Origin: a virus
Taxonomy: Duplodnaviria > Caudoviricetes
Reading direction: 5' to 3' (one strand)
DNA: 64,000 nucleotides
Virus record (IMG/VR): IMGVR_UViG_3300012952_003952
Coordinates: 96,001 to 160,000 of that record
Shown here in pieces: positions 1 through 10,834 of this stretch (its first letter is position 1; each line of letters begins with the position of its first letter). Under the pieces are notes generated by a model, which worked only from the letters and a program-made list of their open reading frames with translations, was not told the DNA's origin and made no database searches. A program made the translations under genes and the position numbers.

Positions 1-2790
1 CCTGCGCTATGCCCTAAGCGGAGATATGGACAATTCTGGGAGCACACACAAGTACAACATGTCGTTTCTGGAAACTGGTATTATTTATCTGCTTGGGGAG
101 CTCTATCTTTAAGGCCACCCATCGCGGGTGTAGGCACAGGTGGAAACCTCAATATCATTGGATACGTTACACGTGAAGATGTAAGGTATCCTCCATACAC
201 CAACCAGAAGAACGGCGCGGCCGTTATTGGGCTACCTACTCAGAATAAATCTTTCTGGTCTGATGACTGGGAATTCATGAATAGAGAGATACTCTATGCT
301 TCAGCTTGCTTTAGTGCTCGTAATCCCGATATGGATATTATGACTCCTTCAACCGATATATCTGAATCTTTAAACTATGGATATTTTGGTAGCACTACGG
401 AAGCTAGATCAACAGATGGAAAAGCGGCTATCATTAATATAGCCTCTGTCCCTCCAGACTACAACCGCGGAACCCCAGTGTTTTGTTCTTGGCTTGGAGG
501 AACTACGTATGTTGCTTCGCCTCTAAATAAAGAAGCTATAAAACCTCAGTTTAGAGGCGGCTATAGAATTAGATCTAGCTCCAATGATAGAAGGCAGTGG
601 TATGGACAGAGATTGCCTCCAAAACCAAAAAACTTTAATATTTCTCCAGAGCCAGAAACTTTTATGACGCCTTTAGGCGCAGTGTGGGAAACAGGATCTA
701 TATGGGCCCAGCATCGCCAAAACTACGGTGGTGAACCATGGTCTTCTATGCCCCCTGTAACTCCGACCACTTTCTTGGAAATTAATCAAATAAACGAAGA
801 AGCTACTAAAAACTTTTTAGCTGCAGAAAAACTAGATCCTCGAACTAGAAATATAGGAACTCGATATTCTAGCTATGTTCAACAGGGTTCTGCTTCTTAC
901 TTTAATATAACATCTTCGGTCAACCAGATCACAGGCTCGAATCCAGGCTGGAGGCAACAATTAATATGGAACGGAACACGCAACGTATTTGATTCACCTA
1001 CTCAAGCAGGGCAGAGAAAGACAGGATATTTGCTTCTGCCTGGAGATGATCTAATATTAGGTTTAGATGCAGCGTTAGCGGCTCCAAAAGGGCAAGTTTC
1101 AGGAAGCGTTACATGCCTTACCGGTTCGTATTTAAGGCTCTCTCGAAGAGAGTTTAAATTAACTCTAGTTGGATCTTATGTAAAAGACAACAGGCGAATT
1201 GCGATAAGTTCTGACCAGCAGCTTCTCAATGCGAACGCTTCACTAGCTATAGGCACAGACAGAGTGACAGATCAGTTCTTGGTAGGAACCCGAACTGATT
1301 ACCAAGGGTCTTATCTATCAAAGCATATGACTGGCTCTATGATGCGGTGGATATCCAATAAGCCACTTAACCCTGACTTAGAATCAGACCCTCTGTGGAC
1401 AGGCAGAAATCTTGTTGATTACGTAGCTCCTACTGCAGGAGACTATAGACAATTTAGAAGAATTTTTTCTAGTGAATTAAGTAAATCTCTTGGAGACACC
1501 GCATCGTTCCAAAGGTTTACTAGCTGTTATGATTCAGGATCAGTCTATTATGACAGCTTAGTACCGCTCCCGCAAGAACTATATAAGCCTTTCGATCTTA
1601 CCGAATTTAATGAAAAGGGTAACTACGAAGGTGGCACTCTGCCAGGAAGTGGAGACTACGGTTATCGAGGCCCCGATGGTCGTATAGTGACAAAAAATGC
1701 CGTAGCTGGATTTGGGCTATCTTCCCGCCATGATTTAAAAAATCTTTGGAACCCAGATTCAGTGGGCCAACCAAACAATGCAGGCAATGTCGTCGATGCT
1801 TACAATGAAAATTGGTATCGTTCTTTTCCATATGAATCTAAATACACCAGAAAGAGAAAAGCAGCCGATGGATCTATAGTTGTAGTTCATCCGCTGAGGC
1901 AACCTACTCCAAACATGGAATCTAAGACGGCTGTGCTCTCCAGCGGGTCTTCTACCGACATCAATGTGCGCAGGTTACCTCTTGCAAAAGGAAGAATATT
2001 TTTAGCTGGAGATATTGGAAGTAGCATTGATGGTAACGTGGGTTATGCTGCAAATAATTGGCGTACATGGAGAAAAGCTGGATTGCTGGTAGCTGCTCCT
2101 AAGATTTTAGTAGGAAGCGTTGTGCCTTCGTGGTCTACTGGGGCGGGTGGTACCAATATCAACCCCTTCTTCACCGCATACGCTCCAGAAGCGCAGCATT
2201 CTTGGTTCCGTAGCACAGATGTTGGCATGCACTTAAGGTATCAATATGGATACGTTAACTGTAATGATTTCTTTGGCTTAACTACATATTCTACCTCGTC
2301 CGGAGTTCCGTTGAGAACGTCGCTCGAATACGCAACAGGCCTCTCTTATGATCGAATTGGAATGACTGGAGAAGTTGGTTTCTATCCGATGTTCGTGGCT
2401 AGTCGTAAACCATCCGGGTGGAAATATGGAGTAATGAACCCAGTCCCAATCGGTCCGTCAGCCAAGTTTCGACCTGATCGCTTCGGCCAATTTAGAGACA
2501 TGCTTGAACAAAGGTTAGACGCTGTTATTTATGATACGCAGACTGAAGTTTTAGTTGAAGACAGTTATCCTGTCGTTTCTGCTTTTAGAGACCCAGCATG
2601 GGCAAACCCAACAGATTGGGTACCTAGAGCCGCTGAGGCAACTCGCAGTTCTAATTTAAGCATATATTCTACAAGTTCTCTTCCTTACTTCGATGATCCG
2701 CAAGGGTCTGTATATCCAGACGGAAGAAACAGAAGCGGTCCAATCGATGATGAAGCTGAGGAATACGTTGTTGTTGTAGCAGACGAATAA
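1..2790 (+). CDS. Large uncharacterised (probably virion structural) protein, 5'-truncated by the window edge
   Basis: I translated frame 1 from base 1 (PALCPKRRYG...) and it is stop-free into the listed ATG at 277, so the gene starts left of the window; ends TAA 2788-2790. No recognisable catalytic motif; context is the virion gene cluster. Confidence 0.6.
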   Translation, partial: PALCPKRRYGQFWEHTQVQHVVSGNWYYLSAWGALSLRPPIAGVGTGGNLNIIGYVTREDVRYPPYTNQKNGAAVIGLPTQNKSFWSDDWEFMNREILYASACFSARNPDMDIMTPSTDISESLNYGYFGSTTEARSTDGKAAIINIASVPPDYNRGTPVFCSWLGGTTYVASPLNKEAIKPQFRGGYRIRSSSNDRRQWYGQRLPPKPKNFNISPEPETFMTPLGAVWETGSIWAQHRQNYGGEPWSSMPPVTPTTFLEINQINEEATKNFLAAEKLDPRTRNIGTRYSSYVQQGSASYFNITSSVNQITGSNPGWRQQLIWNGTRNVFDSPTQAGQRKTGYLLLPGDDLILGLDAALAAPKGQVSGSVTCLTGSYLRLSRREFKLTLVGSYVKDNRRIAISSDQQLLNANASLAIGTDRVTDQFLVGTRTDYQGSYLSKHMTGSMMRWISNKPLNPDLESDPLWTGRNLVDYVAPTAGDYRQFRRIFSSELSKSLGDTASFQRFTSCYDSGSVYYDSLVPLPQELYKPFDLTEFNEKGNYEGGTLPGSGDYGYRGPDGRIVTKNAVAGFGLSSRHDLKNLWNPDSVGQPNNAGNVVDAYNENWYRSFPYESKYTRKRKAADGSIVVVHPLRQPTPNMESKTAVLSSGSSTDINVRRLPLAKGRIFLAGDIGSSIDGNVGYAANNWRTWRKAGLLVAAPKILVGSVVPSWSTGAGGTNINPFFTAYAPEAQHSWFRSTDVGMHLRYQYGYVNCNDFFGLTTYSTSSGVPLRTSLEYATGLSYDRIGMTGEVGFYPMFVASRKPSGWKYGVMNPVPIGPSAKFRPDRFGQFRDMLEQRLDAVIYDTQTEVLVEDSYPVVSAFRDPAWANPTDWVPRAAEATRSSNLSIYSTSSLPYFDDPQGSVYPDGRNRSGPIDDEAEEYVVVVADE

Positions 2791-2877
2791 ATAATATTTT
2801 TAAAATTTGGCTCTAATTTTTTAACCTATGGTATCAAAACACTTACAAAACAGCCTAATTAGTTCAAGAGTGAAAAG

Positions 2878-5800
2878 ATGGCCATAAAGAAATCTACAAA
2901 AAAATCTTCGCTTAAAACTACAGACTTTTTAAAAATAAAAGAGGGTAGGTCTGGTGCTATAAGTAAAATTGTTGCGCCGCATGATTTTCAAGTTGGAGTA
3001 GGTTCCGATTCATATAGGTCTTCTCTTACTTCTACCGGTATCATAGTAGCACAAAGAGGTTTCTCAGGCTCTCTCACTAGATTAGAAGATGGAAATCCAT
3101 ATCTACATGCTGGTTCTAATATTGCTTTGGCAACAGGTTCCGATGGATCTATTACAATTGCAGCTTCTGGATTTTCTAACAATCCCCTAACAGCTACAGT
3201 CGCCGGTGGTTTATTCTTTGACGCTGGAACCACTTACGATGGATCAGCATCAAAAACATTGGCTATAGATATATACCAAAACAGAGGCTTAAGTATTCAT
3301 CCTACTGCTGGTTTGAGGATCGATTTCACTTCAGCTTCTTCAGTGGCGCCTGCAACGTCTGATCGTGTTTTAATTGGCGACGCTGGATCTTCTTATAATG
3401 CGAAATATTGCACCATAAACGATATATTGAGTCTAGGTTCAGCTGGAACTCTAGCTAATGCAATAACTTTAGGCAACGGAATAGAAGATTCGGCTGGTGG
3501 AGTTAGCAGCTATAATAACACCGCAGCTATTACTTTAGCTGTGACTGTTTCTGCATCTTCTGGTTTGGGTGTTACATCAGATGGAGTGAGGATATCTCCA
3601 TCTACTTTACCCCTTGCTACAGTAGCCACAGGAGACAAAGTTTTAATTGGAGATGTCTCTGATAGCGATAATGTAAAGTATGTTACAGCTCAATCAATAG
3701 CAAACTTAGCTACTGTTGGAACACTTTCTAACGCTCTAACTGCCGGTAATGGCTTACAGCTAAACTCTGGCGCTACATTTGATGGCTCTGCAGCCAAGAC
3801 TATATCTGCAAAAGCAGCAGACGCAACAATTTCTGTCGGAGGTTCTGGAATAAGTGTTTTAAAAGTTCCAAACAACCTCACAAGTTCACGGGGAATTTCT
3901 AGCTTTACTTATGATGGATCATCATCTGGTGTCGGAATTCAAGTAGCCATAGATGCAAATGGAGGCCTCGGTTTCGATGCTGCTGACGCGCTGTCTTTAG
4001 AAATTTCAAATCTTCCAAGCGCAGATATAACCATCAACGACTATATTCCATTTTATGATGCGAGTGGAGGAACCACCGCAGTATCAAAAACTACTGCTAA
4101 CCAATTAAGAACTTTAATATCAGGAGATATTACTTCTGTTACTGCTGGAACTGGATTAACAGGTGGTGGATCAACTGGAGACTTGACGTTAGCTATAAAC
4201 AATAATGTAGTAGCCACTATTTCTGGATCCACTTTTACAGGTGGAGTCAAATTTGATACTGGCCTTACTGGTTCTCTTACTAAATTACCAGACGGTACAT
4301 CATTTTTAAGAGCCGGTTCTAACGTATCTTTAAATACCGGGTCTAAAGGTGAGATTACGATTAGCGCTGTAGCTGGCGGCGGCGGTGTCGCAGATGGAAA
4401 CGCTAAATATCTAGTCCTAGCAGCCACAAGCTCTCTTAGCGAAGAAAGAGTTTTCTCTATGGGTACCGGCCTATCGGCTTCTGATGGCGGAGCTGGAAAT
4501 AATTACACAGTTTCGGTAAGAGACTCAATTTTTGCTTCCCTGACAGGCTCTCAGTTCTCTGGCAATGTTGGAGTAACTGGATCTATAGGATCTACGTCTT
4601 TAGTGACCTCTCCAGCTTTCTCTGGGTCTTTAACGCACCTTCAAGATGGCACTTCTTTTATAAAGGCTGGAAACAATATTCAGGTAGCCACAAGTTCCAA
4701 CGGAGGCATAACCATCACCGGCACTGTTCCTGCAGCCACGACATTTTTCAGCAGTCCAGCAAATGGTTATATTGTGACTACTGGGTCTACTAGTTTTGCT
4801 GGATCTCACGGAGCATCTTACCCTACAACTAATGTAGGAACTGATGCATTTTTCTTTGTCAGCGGCACTATAGGTTCTGCTAATTCTTCTACTGCTGGAA
4901 CTGCAGTCTTTAGCGGAGATGTTGTAGTTTCCGGCACAATGTACGGTACTGGAACCATTGGTCCAGCAGAAGATGGAGTCTATACAGACGGGCTCTTTAC
5001 AGATTTTATTTCGTCAACGCCGATTGGAACTGCGATAGATAGAATAAATGAGGTGCTTTTAGGCGTTGCCCCATCTGCAGCTCCAGCTTTAGATGATATG
5101 GGGTGTGGAAACACTGGAACAACCGCAGTTCTTTCTTTTGGTTCATCTCAGTCTATTTCCGGCTATACGAACGTTCAACCTTCTACTCTCAGCAGTCCAA
5201 GCAACACCCTTTCTAACATAGATATTAATGGAACTTATAGCTCTACTACTTCTAATAACAATATTAGGGCAGCAGCTTTCGCAGGTTCGACAACCATAGA
5301 AGGAGTCTTAAACTTAGATGTTTCTGCTGATGGCACTAATTATCCAAATTACGCTTTTGGAAATGGCGACTCTGGAACCCTTTATCTCTACGTAAACAAT
5401 AATTCTACCGCTATTCACTCTACATCTTTAGGTTCTTTTGCGTCTGGAAATTCATTAAACACGAGTGGAAGCGGATTTATCAGTCTAGGCGCTGCAACTA
5501 CAGGCTCTTTTTCAGACGGTAGCGCTTTTACAATATTTCAACACCGTACTGGTTCTTTTAGAGTAAGTACAAACGATCAAAGAAATGGTTGGAATTATGC
5601 TAGAGTAACTCACGTTGTGGGGAGCACGACTAACACCTGCAACTATGTCAGCTGGGTCAATGACTCTGATTCTAACGCTCTAAGCTCAGACAACTCAGCT
5701 TTCGATAGTCTTTCAATGACTGGGCTAGCTAGTCTATCAGGCGTAAAATATAACACTGCAGGCTCAGCACAATATAGGCTTAGAGTTTTAAATGCTTATA

Positions 5801-6729
5801 GAAATGTTTATTCTAATTCTAATATTTCTTTTAATGGTACCAATTGTTCAGTTTCATCCCAGGCGTTTCCTTCTATAAATTATGCCGGTGGCGAAAATGA
5901 GACAAAAATTCTTCACCTAACTGGATCGGCGACGATTAATGCTAATTCTCTCCTAAATGAATCTATCACGGTAAGTTCTAACGTGCCTCATCCGCTTAAA
6001 TCGAATCTTTCTAGTGCGGGATCTCAATCTATTGCTGGCATTTTGATGTGGGCTTATTCTAATAATTCTACTACTACAGCTGAATATTTTAGAGCAGAAA
6101 ACTACAGGATTATATCTGGAAGCTATACAACACAAGCTTCAGTAACTGCTGGTGGAAACACTTGGGATTCTTCAAAGCATATGTCTGGTAGTAATGCTGG
6201 TTATGAAGATGGCTTAATGTTTTATAATAGACGACTTTATGCACCGGTTCAAGGTGGCGCTTCTGGAGATTTTAGAAATAGTACCGACGGAGGATCTATT
6301 GCTAACGGACCAGCAGACAATGTGAACTATAGCGGAATAACCAGTGGTACACGTACTTTCTATAGATATTTTCAAAATACCTCAGGCGGATCTCAAACTG
6401 GGTTTTCGTTAACTATTAATGGATCAGGAACTATAGTTTCTAATGGCACTTCTTTGGGAACTGGAAATATTTCTGTTTTAGTTAAGCTGCCAACAACATC
6501 CGCAGCTCAATCTACGGGGTGGATGGATTTGGCGCTAGCTTTTGCAACTGGGCAAATTAGTGACGGAGACGGATGCTTAGAGGGTAGTTTAGACTCTAGT
6601 TTAAATGCAACTAACACGGTTACTTTTGGTACAGTTTTCGTAGAAAGCAATGAATATGTAGTAGTTAAAATTTTAGCTGATGCATCTTTTACAGGCTACT
6701 CAAGCCAAATTTCAGTGAGCTGGAGCTAA
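2878..6729 (+). CDS. Ser/Gly/Thr-rich repeat-containing virion structural / fibre-like protein (1283 aa)
   Basis: Long ORF; three copies of SGSLTxLxDGxSxLxAGSNV module and about three ~90-aa tandem repeats (TLxNAxTxGNG...TYDGSA); beta-rich low-complexity composition typical of phage fibres. Confidence 0.65.
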   Translation: MAIKKSTKKSSLKTTDFLKIKEGRSGAISKIVAPHDFQVGVGSDSYRSSLTSTGIIVAQRGFSGSLTRLEDGNPYLHAGSNIALATGSDGSITIAASGFSNNPLTATVAGGLFFDAGTTYDGSASKTLAIDIYQNRGLSIHPTAGLRIDFTSASSVAPATSDRVLIGDAGSSYNAKYCTINDILSLGSAGTLANAITLGNGIEDSAGGVSSYNNTAAITLAVTVSASSGLGVTSDGVRISPSTLPLATVATGDKVLIGDVSDSDNVKYVTAQSIANLATVGTLSNALTAGNGLQLNSGATFDGSAAKTISAKAADATISVGGSGISVLKVPNNLTSSRGISSFTYDGSSSGVGIQVAIDANGGLGFDAADALSLEISNLPSADITINDYIPFYDASGGTTAVSKTTANQLRTLISGDITSVTAGTGLTGGGSTGDLTLAINNNVVATISGSTFTGGVKFDTGLTGSLTKLPDGTSFLRAGSNVSLNTGSKGEITISAVAGGGGVADGNAKYLVLAATSSLSEERVFSMGTGLSASDGGAGNNYTVSVRDSIFASLTGSQFSGNVGVTGSIGSTSLVTSPAFSGSLTHLQDGTSFIKAGNNIQVATSSNGGITITGTVPAATTFFSSPANGYIVTTGSTSFAGSHGASYPTTNVGTDAFFFVSGTIGSANSSTAGTAVFSGDVVVSGTMYGTGTIGPAEDGVYTDGLFTDFISSTPIGTAIDRINEVLLGVAPSAAPALDDMGCGNTGTTAVLSFGSSQSISGYTNVQPSTLSSPSNTLSNIDINGTYSSTTSNNNIRAAAFAGSTTIEGVLNLDVSADGTNYPNYAFGNGDSGTLYLYVNNNSTAIHSTSLGSFASGNSLNTSGSGFISLGAATTGSFSDGSAFTIFQHRTGSFRVSTNDQRNGWNYARVTHVVGSTTNTCNYVSWVNDSDSNALSSDNSAFDSLSMTGLASLSGVKYNTAGSAQYRLRVLNAYRNVYSNSNISFNGTNCSVSSQAFPSINYAGGENETKILHLTGSATINANSLLNESITVSSNVPHPLKSNLSSAGSQSIAGILMWAYSNNSTTTAEYFRAENYRIISGSYTTQASVTAGGNTWDSSKHMSGSNAGYEDGLMFYNRRLYAPVQGGASGDFRNSTDGGSIANGPADNVNYSGITSGTRTFYRYFQNTSGGSQTGFSLTINGSGTIVSNGTSLGTGNISVLVKLPTTSAAQSTGWMDLALAFATGQISDGDGCLEGSLDSSLNATNTVTFGTVFVESNEYVVVKILADASFTGYSSQISVSWS

Positions 6730-6738
6730 GGAGGGAAA

Positions 6739-8145
6739 ATGGGATTAAACGATACCACAGCAACTAAATTGTCTCTTAAGCGTCTCTCTGGAAAAGCCAT
6801 GACTTCAGACGAGAAGGGCGTTGCTAACGAAGCTTTACCTTCTAATGTAGTTATTTCTGCTCAGACTATATTTGGTAATGTTATACCTCCCAACCCTGTA
6901 GCTTCTTTTTATACAATAACTGATGGAAACGCTGAATACTTAAGACTTTCTGCTTCGTTTATTGCAGGTAGTGATACGTCAAGTGGTAGACACGCTTTTT
7001 CTCTCCAACTACCAGACGACTATGAAGCTAACAGCTCTAATCCGAAAAAGGGCACATACCCCTTTATAAATAAGCAGTCTATTCCGATCACCAGTGGATC
7101 TCTTCAGCTAATACCTACTTCCTTTGGCAATTCTTATGAGGCGCTGCCTTATCATACTGGATCTGGCCAAACACAAATACCAGTTTTAGATGCTAGAGAT
7201 TGGGTTCTAGATTATTTTTCTGGAATATTCTTTCAGCAAGACCCGCCTGGAACTGGAGACCAGTCTACAAACCCAAGATACGTAGATGCTTATCTTTACG
7301 TAGGAGATTTTTTAGTAGCTTCTACAGCATCTTCTGGCGGAGGCTCAGGAGATTCAGCAGCTGAATATCTTGTTTTAGCCGCAACAGGTTCTTTAAGCGC
7401 AGAAAGAGTTCTCGCGATGGGAACCGGTCTTTCATCGAGCGATGGAGGAGCAGGAGGAAATTATACGCTTAGTGTTAGAGATTCTATTTTTGCTTCTCTT
7501 ACAGGGTCTCAGTTTTCAGGTAATGTAGGAATCACCGGGTCTTTTGGAGCTACTTCTAACTCAATATTTGGAAATAACAGCAGTTTATCAGGAGTGGACA
7601 ATAACTTCTTCGTGTCTGGAGCTATTGACTCAAGAGGCACTTCAGCTAGAGGAACTTCAGTATTCGGCGGAGACATAGTAGCTTCTGGAGCTTTCGTAGC
7701 TCAAAATGGGCTTTCTGGATCCCTCACTCATTTAGTTGATGGATCATCCTATCTCATAGCTGGAAGTAACGTGACTATAACTACGGGTTCTTCTGGTGCT
7801 GTTACTATTGCGGCTTCTGGTGCCGGCAGCGGCGATATATCCGGCGTTATAGCTGGAGACGGTTTATCTGGCGGTGGATTAACTGGAACAGTTACCCTCA
7901 CAACTGCTCCAAGTTCTAGTATTTATTTTGTCACTTCATCTCACGGAGCTGGCAGCGAATTAATTGTTCCGAGTGCAAACTTTGCCAGGAATTCTTATGA
8001 TTTTGAAAAAACACAAATATTTGTTAACGGGAATTTAATGTTGTCAGGATCTAGTTTTGACTACAGTCTTTCGGGAACGAGTACTGGCATTAATTTTAAT
8101 TTTGCCTTGCGTAATGATGATATCGTAATAGTAAAATACCTTTGA
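6739..8145 (+). CDS. Virion structural / fibre-associated protein sharing modules with both neighbours (468 aa)
   Basis: SD AAGGAGG upstream; carries the AxYLVLAATxSLSxERV...RDSIFASLTGSQFSGNVG module also in 2878..6729, and a C-terminal FVNGxLxLSGxxxDY domain also in 8556..10733. Confidence 0.6.
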   Translation: MGLNDTTATKLSLKRLSGKAMTSDEKGVANEALPSNVVISAQTIFGNVIPPNPVASFYTITDGNAEYLRLSASFIAGSDTSSGRHAFSLQLPDDYEANSSNPKKGTYPFINKQSIPITSGSLQLIPTSFGNSYEALPYHTGSGQTQIPVLDARDWVLDYFSGIFFQQDPPGTGDQSTNPRYVDAYLYVGDFLVASTASSGGGSGDSAAEYLVLAATGSLSAERVLAMGTGLSSSDGGAGGNYTLSVRDSIFASLTGSQFSGNVGITGSFGATSNSIFGNNSSLSGVDNNFFVSGAIDSRGTSARGTSVFGGDIVASGAFVAQNGLSGSLTHLVDGSSYLIAGSNVTITTGSSGAVTIAASGAGSGDISGVIAGDGLSGGGLTGTVTLTTAPSSSIYFVTSSHGAGSELIVPSANFARNSYDFEKTQIFVNGNLMLSGSSFDYSLSGTSTGINFNFALRNDDIVIVKYL

Positions 8146-8229
8146 AAATCAGTGATCTAGATCTTTTGATGATATATTTATTTTTGACGCGCACTACCCC
8201 CTACGCACTTTAAGTTTTAAGGTACTTTA

Positions 8230-8463
8230 ATGTTTGTAACAAATGATCTCGGACTTGCGGCTTATTTAATGATTAAAGGCCTGTGTCTGCTTGATGCTCG
8301 CATAGATTCATACGGAAGATATGTTTTCGAATTTAATGATTCTAAAAACGAAGCAAGAAAATTATCGATAGACTTTTTAAACTCTGATTGCGCTAAGTTT
8401 GATCAGCAGGTTAGAAATCTCAGAACGCTATTAAAAACTTCTGGAAATTCTAATTTACCGTAA
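8230..8463 (+). CDS. Small protein resembling DUF5659 family (77 aa)
   Basis: Pattern FxTxDLGLAAYL...GRYVFEF...F.NS....F....RxL recalled as DUF5659-like; AAGGT SD-like upstream. Family call from memory only. Confidence 0.5.
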   Translation: MFVTNDLGLAAYLMIKGLCLLDARIDSYGRYVFEFNDSKNEARKLSIDFLNSDCAKFDQQVRNLRTLLKTSGNSNLP

Positions 8464-8555
8464 TATTTACAAGTGTTAAGTTACTTTTAGTTTGTCCGTT
8501 TTTTTAAAGTTTAGTCCTTTTTACGTTTGCCTAATTACAAAAAAAGGAGTAAATA

Positions 8556-10733
8556 ATGGCGAATAGAACACAATTAAGAACCCAACAGGTGACTGCCTCA
8601 TTTGGTAATCCACTGTTAGGTCATATTAACGATAATCTTGCTGCTGCCGCTTCTGGTAGTATTGTTGCCGCAGATTTAACTGACGTTCTCAGTGTATCTC
8701 TTTCAGCAATCAAGAGAATCACGGGTGGTACTGACTTCTCAAGTGCTGCTGCTGGTGTATTCACACATGCACTTACCGACTTTTCTGGAGACATTAAAGT
8801 TACCGGTAACGACATCAAGGGAAGCACGGGTAATACTGCTCTAACCCTTTCTAACACTGACGTAACTGTTGCGGCAGGTTTGAAAATTATCAACAACGCA
8901 ATCACAGCTTCTGATAACGGTACCCCAATTGTTTGGGATGTTTCAGATAACGTAACTATTGGTGGAGATCTTCGAATCAACGGTAACGACATCAGCGACA
9001 GTGGTGGAAATACTCACATCACCTTTACTGCAGGTGCTGCTGGCCTTACAGCTGTAGCTGGAGACCTTAAAATAACCGGTAACTCCATCCAAGGCTCAGC
9101 CGGAAGTGATGCTATTGAGATAGACGGCACTGATGTCGAAGTACTTGGTGATCTTACAGTCACCGGTAACGATATTAAAGGTTCTGGCGGAACTGTTGTT
9201 ACATTCAACGGTGTTAACACTAGCTTAGCTGGTGACCTTACAGTTGTTGGTAACGACCTTGACTTCTCTGCTGGAAACGCTAATATTGGTGCGACAATCG
9301 GCGCAAACCAGCTTACGATTGGTGCTTCATCTACCACTACAGTGATTCCTGGTAGCTTAACTGTCCAGGGTACTACCACTACTATCGATACTACTAACTT
9401 AAACGTTAAAGATCCAGTTATCGCAATGGGTGTTGGTGCACAAGTTGCTAATAGCAACGGTGGTATCGCAATCATGTCCGGTTCTGCTGCTGGTACCGAT
9501 CTTGTCTTCGGACGTATCGCAAACGACACTTTTGGTGTTGGTATTCTTGATACTCAGAGCGGTTCTGTAACTTCGCTTGCAGCAATGGCAGTTACTAACT
9601 TACGTGCTGGAAGATATGAAGTAGATGGTGCTACTAACTACTTCGACATGGGTGGTGCTGATCTTAAAGTGGTCGCTGCTGCTGACGTTGCTATCGCCCC
9701 AGGTGGTGGACAGCTTATGGTAAGTGGTGGAATCCTCCCAGCGTCTAATGGTGCTGGAGCTCTAGGATCTAATGCGTTGCAGTGGTCAGATCTCTTCCTT
9801 CAAGAAGGTGCAGTAATTAACTTTGACAATGGTGATTTCACCATGACTCAAACTAACAATCTTCTCGCTCTCGCAGGTGGTAACACTCGTGTTGAAAGAT
9901 TAGAGATTGATACTGCTACTAACTACATTGATACGGTAGGTGCAGACCTTAACATTATTTCAGCTGGCGATCTTGTTATCAACCCAGGTGGTGGTGATGC
10001 ATATGTAGATGGAGACTTATTCCCATCTGCTTCTAACGGTGGAGCTCTCGGTAGTACGACGCTTCAGTGGTCAGATGCGTTCCTTGCTGCAGGTGCTGCT
10101 ATCAACTTTAGCAATGGTAACTTCGTAATGACTCACGGAGCTGCCGGTAGGTTAACCCTTAACGCTGGTAATAACCTCTGCTTTGGCGATCCTGGAGAAG
10201 CTATTTTCGGAGACGGTACCGACTTGTACGTATCTTCAAGTGGCGATCTAAACCTTATCGGAAGAGGTAATGACATCTCTTTCGTCGGTCAAGGAGCTGC
10301 CCCGGGAATGATGTTTAGTAGAGCTGCTGCCAATACTCAGTATCTTAACTTCTCAACCAATGATGCAGCTGCTATTACTGGCGGAACTACTGGCTTCGGT
10401 ATTCGTAATAATAACGGAACCATGCAGTTCAAGAATAATGGCGGTGATTGGGAGCCGTTTGGTGCAGGTGGATCTGCTGACAAGAAGACACTTCTAGTCA
10501 GTGGAGCTGGAGTACCAGCTAACGCTAGAGCGCACATCAGTGCATTTGATGTAAGTTCAATTCCAGTCGCAGATCGTCCAGATAGAATCGACGCATACGT
10601 TAATGGACAGCTTTTGCTCTCCGGAACGTCTGCCGATTATGTTCTCGATGAAGTTGCTGGAGCTAATGCATGCGATATCAGAGTTAAGTTCACCCTTGTT
10701 GATCAAGATGTTCTTACTGTTGTCGTTAGATAA
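8556..10733 (+). CDS. Repeat-rich fibre/appendage-like virion protein (725 aa), probably abundant
   Basis: Strong SD (AAGGAG); five GDL/IxV/ITGNxIxGSxG repeats and two ~94-aa repeats (ATNY.D..GADL...SNGxGALGSxxLQWSD.FL); codon bias toward GGT/GCT/AAC/ATC like the capsid gene; followed by a terminator. Confidence 0.65.
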   Translation: MANRTQLRTQQVTASFGNPLLGHINDNLAAAASGSIVAADLTDVLSVSLSAIKRITGGTDFSSAAAGVFTHALTDFSGDIKVTGNDIKGSTGNTALTLSNTDVTVAAGLKIINNAITASDNGTPIVWDVSDNVTIGGDLRINGNDISDSGGNTHITFTAGAAGLTAVAGDLKITGNSIQGSAGSDAIEIDGTDVEVLGDLTVTGNDIKGSGGTVVTFNGVNTSLAGDLTVVGNDLDFSAGNANIGATIGANQLTIGASSTTTVIPGSLTVQGTTTTIDTTNLNVKDPVIAMGVGAQVANSNGGIAIMSGSAAGTDLVFGRIANDTFGVGILDTQSGSVTSLAAMAVTNLRAGRYEVDGATNYFDMGGADLKVVAAADVAIAPGGGQLMVSGGILPASNGAGALGSNALQWSDLFLQEGAVINFDNGDFTMTQTNNLLALAGGNTRVERLEIDTATNYIDTVGADLNIISAGDLVINPGGGDAYVDGDLFPSASNGGALGSTTLQWSDAFLAAGAAINFSNGNFVMTHGAAGRLTLNAGNNLCFGDPGEAIFGDGTDLYVSSSGDLNLIGRGNDISFVGQGAAPGMMFSRAAANTQYLNFSTNDAAAITGGTTGFGIRNNNGTMQFKNNGGDWEPFGAGGSADKKTLLVSGAGVPANARAHISAFDVSSIPVADRPDRIDAYVNGQLLLSGTSADYVLDEVAGANACDIRVKFTLVDQDVLTVVVR

Positions 10734-10754
10734 TATTTATCTTAATTAATTCCT

Positions 10755-10788
10755 GTGGGGACCTCTTTTGGGGTCCCCACTTTTTTTT
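10755..10788 (+). terminator. Rho-independent terminator
   Basis: GTGGGGACCTC-TTTT-GGGGTCCCCAC 11-bp stem (one G-U) followed by T8. Confidence 0.9.
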
Positions 10789-10834
10789 ACTTTGGAGAGT
10801 AAAATAATATTTTTTATATGATTTTGGAGTAAAA

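Noticed and set aside
8184-8216. TTGACG as a sigma70 -35 element before the DUF5659-like gene
   Set aside because: No acceptable -10 element at 16-18 nt spacing.
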